Of a DNA stretch of 64,000 bases, positions 61,901 to 64,000 are shown piece by piece; position 1 is the stretch's first letter; every line of letters starts with the position of its first letter. This DNA is from Podarcis melisellensis. Lineage: Eukaryota. The stretch lies in assembly GCA_964234715.1 (NCBI GenBank), contig OZ174275.1, one strand, 5' to 3'. The notes beneath the pieces are model-generated. The model ran no database searches. It saw nothing but the letters and a program-made list of their open reading frames with translations, and had not been told where the DNA came from. A program made the position numbers and the translations under genes.

Positions 61901-64000
61901 TTACTTGACCTATTGTTTGAGGCGTCATCATGTGTTGAAGTCACCGGCATATGTGGCCTAATCAGCTTTGTTTTCTCTTGGATGGGCATTCATTGCCCTT
62001 CAAAATTTTTGTGTACTTATATTCTATCATTCTGGCTACATGACCATGCAGAGTTGTTATTTTGTCATCCCAAAACACTGGATCCCAACCTATGGATGTC
62101 ACTGGGACTTTGCTGTACTCTTCTTGGGGGAGGAGCACCCCAAATCTAATTGTGGGTTTAAAAAGGAGCTAATTTCTTCAAGCTACATTGACACAATGTT
62201 GTGATAATACCCTTCCATGGTTTATCTAACCCACAATGTTTTTATTTGATTACTACTAAACTATTTTCTTTGAAACTTGTCAAACTCCTCTATTTGTAAG
62301 CACTCTTGCTTTAACATCCCCCAAGCTGACTATCAACAGCATTTAGTACTTCTCTGGAGTTAGAGCCTTTGACCTAAAGGAGCTGGGGTAATGGACCAGC
62401 TAATCATAGTAATTACACAACAAAGAACCTTGCACATTTGTCCCATCCCCACTTGAGATTAGGAAGGAAGGAAAGTGCTTCTACTTGACTGCTGGTGCTT
62501 AACAGCAGCTGGCCAGTGGGTAAGATACCAGGGTATGTGCTGAAACTGTGCATTAAGCATCCAGAGAATGGATATTTAGCATGTCGCTGACAAACACAGG
62601 AACATATTAATTGTGAGTGTTCATTGAGGGGACTCCAGTAGCAATTGGCTCCAAGAGAGCAGCTTTTCTCTTTCAGGGACACCTATGCATGGAACTCTTG
62701 TTTCCTATTAAGTAATTGAAAAGTAAAGTAGGATTTAAGAAAAGTCCACCAACAGCCCAAAAATATGGCAGCCCATAGTACTGCTGTACACCTGTACTTG
62801 GAAAACACAGTGCTACCAATCCTGTTGGCTTAACCAACAAACAATGAATCAACATATGTGGGCTTCAGGAAAGAGATGTACAGAATAAACCCATCTGCTT
62901 CCCAAAGAAAGCCCCATGAAGATGTGCCTAAGATGCTAAAATAGGATGGTACTGTGCTCTGCCTTTTCCTCTCTCCTGTTCTTGTGTTCTTTCCTGTAGT
63001 AGCACTTCCTTAGATTTCAACATGGCTCTCAAATTGAAAGCTCTCACTGAGCATTTACCTCAGTAGCTTTATTGCACTAGTTCTGCCTTAAAATCCTCTT
63101 TCTATCGCTGATATTTTGTTCACGTTGCTTTTCCTTCACACCATTTCTCCTCCTCGCTTATTCAGCCACTCTTGAGTTGACCAGCTTCACATGTTTTTCA
63201 TCCTGCTCTCCATCTGCCTTTCCCTACTATCCTCTTCCATCGTTTCCTAGAGATCTATTATCTCCTGAGTCCTTGGCGTCCTTCATAGCTCCTTACTTCC
63301 TCTGCTTCCACTTCTATTCTGTCAAGGAAGTTCCTAATGTGCAGAAATATTACAAAGAGGTTTATGTGCTTTAGAGCACATCACAAAGTGCTTCTCGGGA
63401 TGCTCTTCAGAAAGCTGGTGTGATGTTCAGAAACACCCAGGGTCTTGTAGAAACAAAGCACTGGGAAACTGCTTTGGACAACTGGAATAGGGATTTAATG
63501 CTTTGCATGTGCTTAATAAGTGAAAAATAAAACATTGTTTATGTTTGTACACTGTTCCAACATTTTCTTCAAGTGGTAGAAGTTTGAGAAGACTTACAAA
63601 TGTAGTTCAAGATGATCTTTCAAGAATACTTGAAATATTAAATCCTTGTAATTGTACTACTTTGGAGAATGGGTGTCCGTGCACTTGTGTTGTTTAACAA
63701 GCATTTTAAAGTAATTTCCCCCTCATAAATTTACCTTTATAATGATTGCTTAGCAATTTATAGAGATTCAGTACCATGTGATGGAGGTTGCCAACACATA
63801 ATGTATCTGGCTGTGTGAGTATGTATGTATGTATGCCACCCAAGCACACAAATATGCATTTATGCCAGTCACGAACTGATACCCAGATTAAATTTATGTT
63901 TCTGCAAGGATCAGTATCTGAAGTAATTGATAACCCTCAATTTCAGGGTATTCTGCATCGTCCTGCCCATAAAGCATCTTTGATTTTCAGTACCTATCTA

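Noticed and set aside
32956-64000. Next THSD7B exon (expected to begin near V(H/Y)EAVPC) or a nested gene
   Set aside because: No matching sequence found by eye; the intron apparently extends beyond the window.

Overview
Vertebrate genomic DNA, almost certainly a lacertid lizard (Podarcis/Lacerta-type Sauria SINE, Squam2/Squam3-like SINEs, BovB). The window lies inside one large plus-strand gene, THSD7B (thrombospondin type-1 domain-containing 7B). Three internal coding exons (13708-13902, 21128-21391, 32777-32955) splice in frame with canonical AG/GT sites. The rest is intronic and carries a typical squamate repeat landscape: Sauria/Squam SINEs, truncated L1, L2, CR1, RTE and BovB LINEs, hAT, Tc1/pogo and Harbinger-like MITEs, microsatellites and one 141-N assembly gap. 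Nearly all listed ORFs are spurious. The most interesting item is a 178-bp Penelope-like insertion (7395-7572) with a perfect 12-bp target-site duplication. It carries a minimal hammerhead ribozyme on the minus strand plus a partial tandem second copy, which together could fold in cis into a complete type III-like hammerhead. Family names come from recalled consensus sequences, not from database searches.
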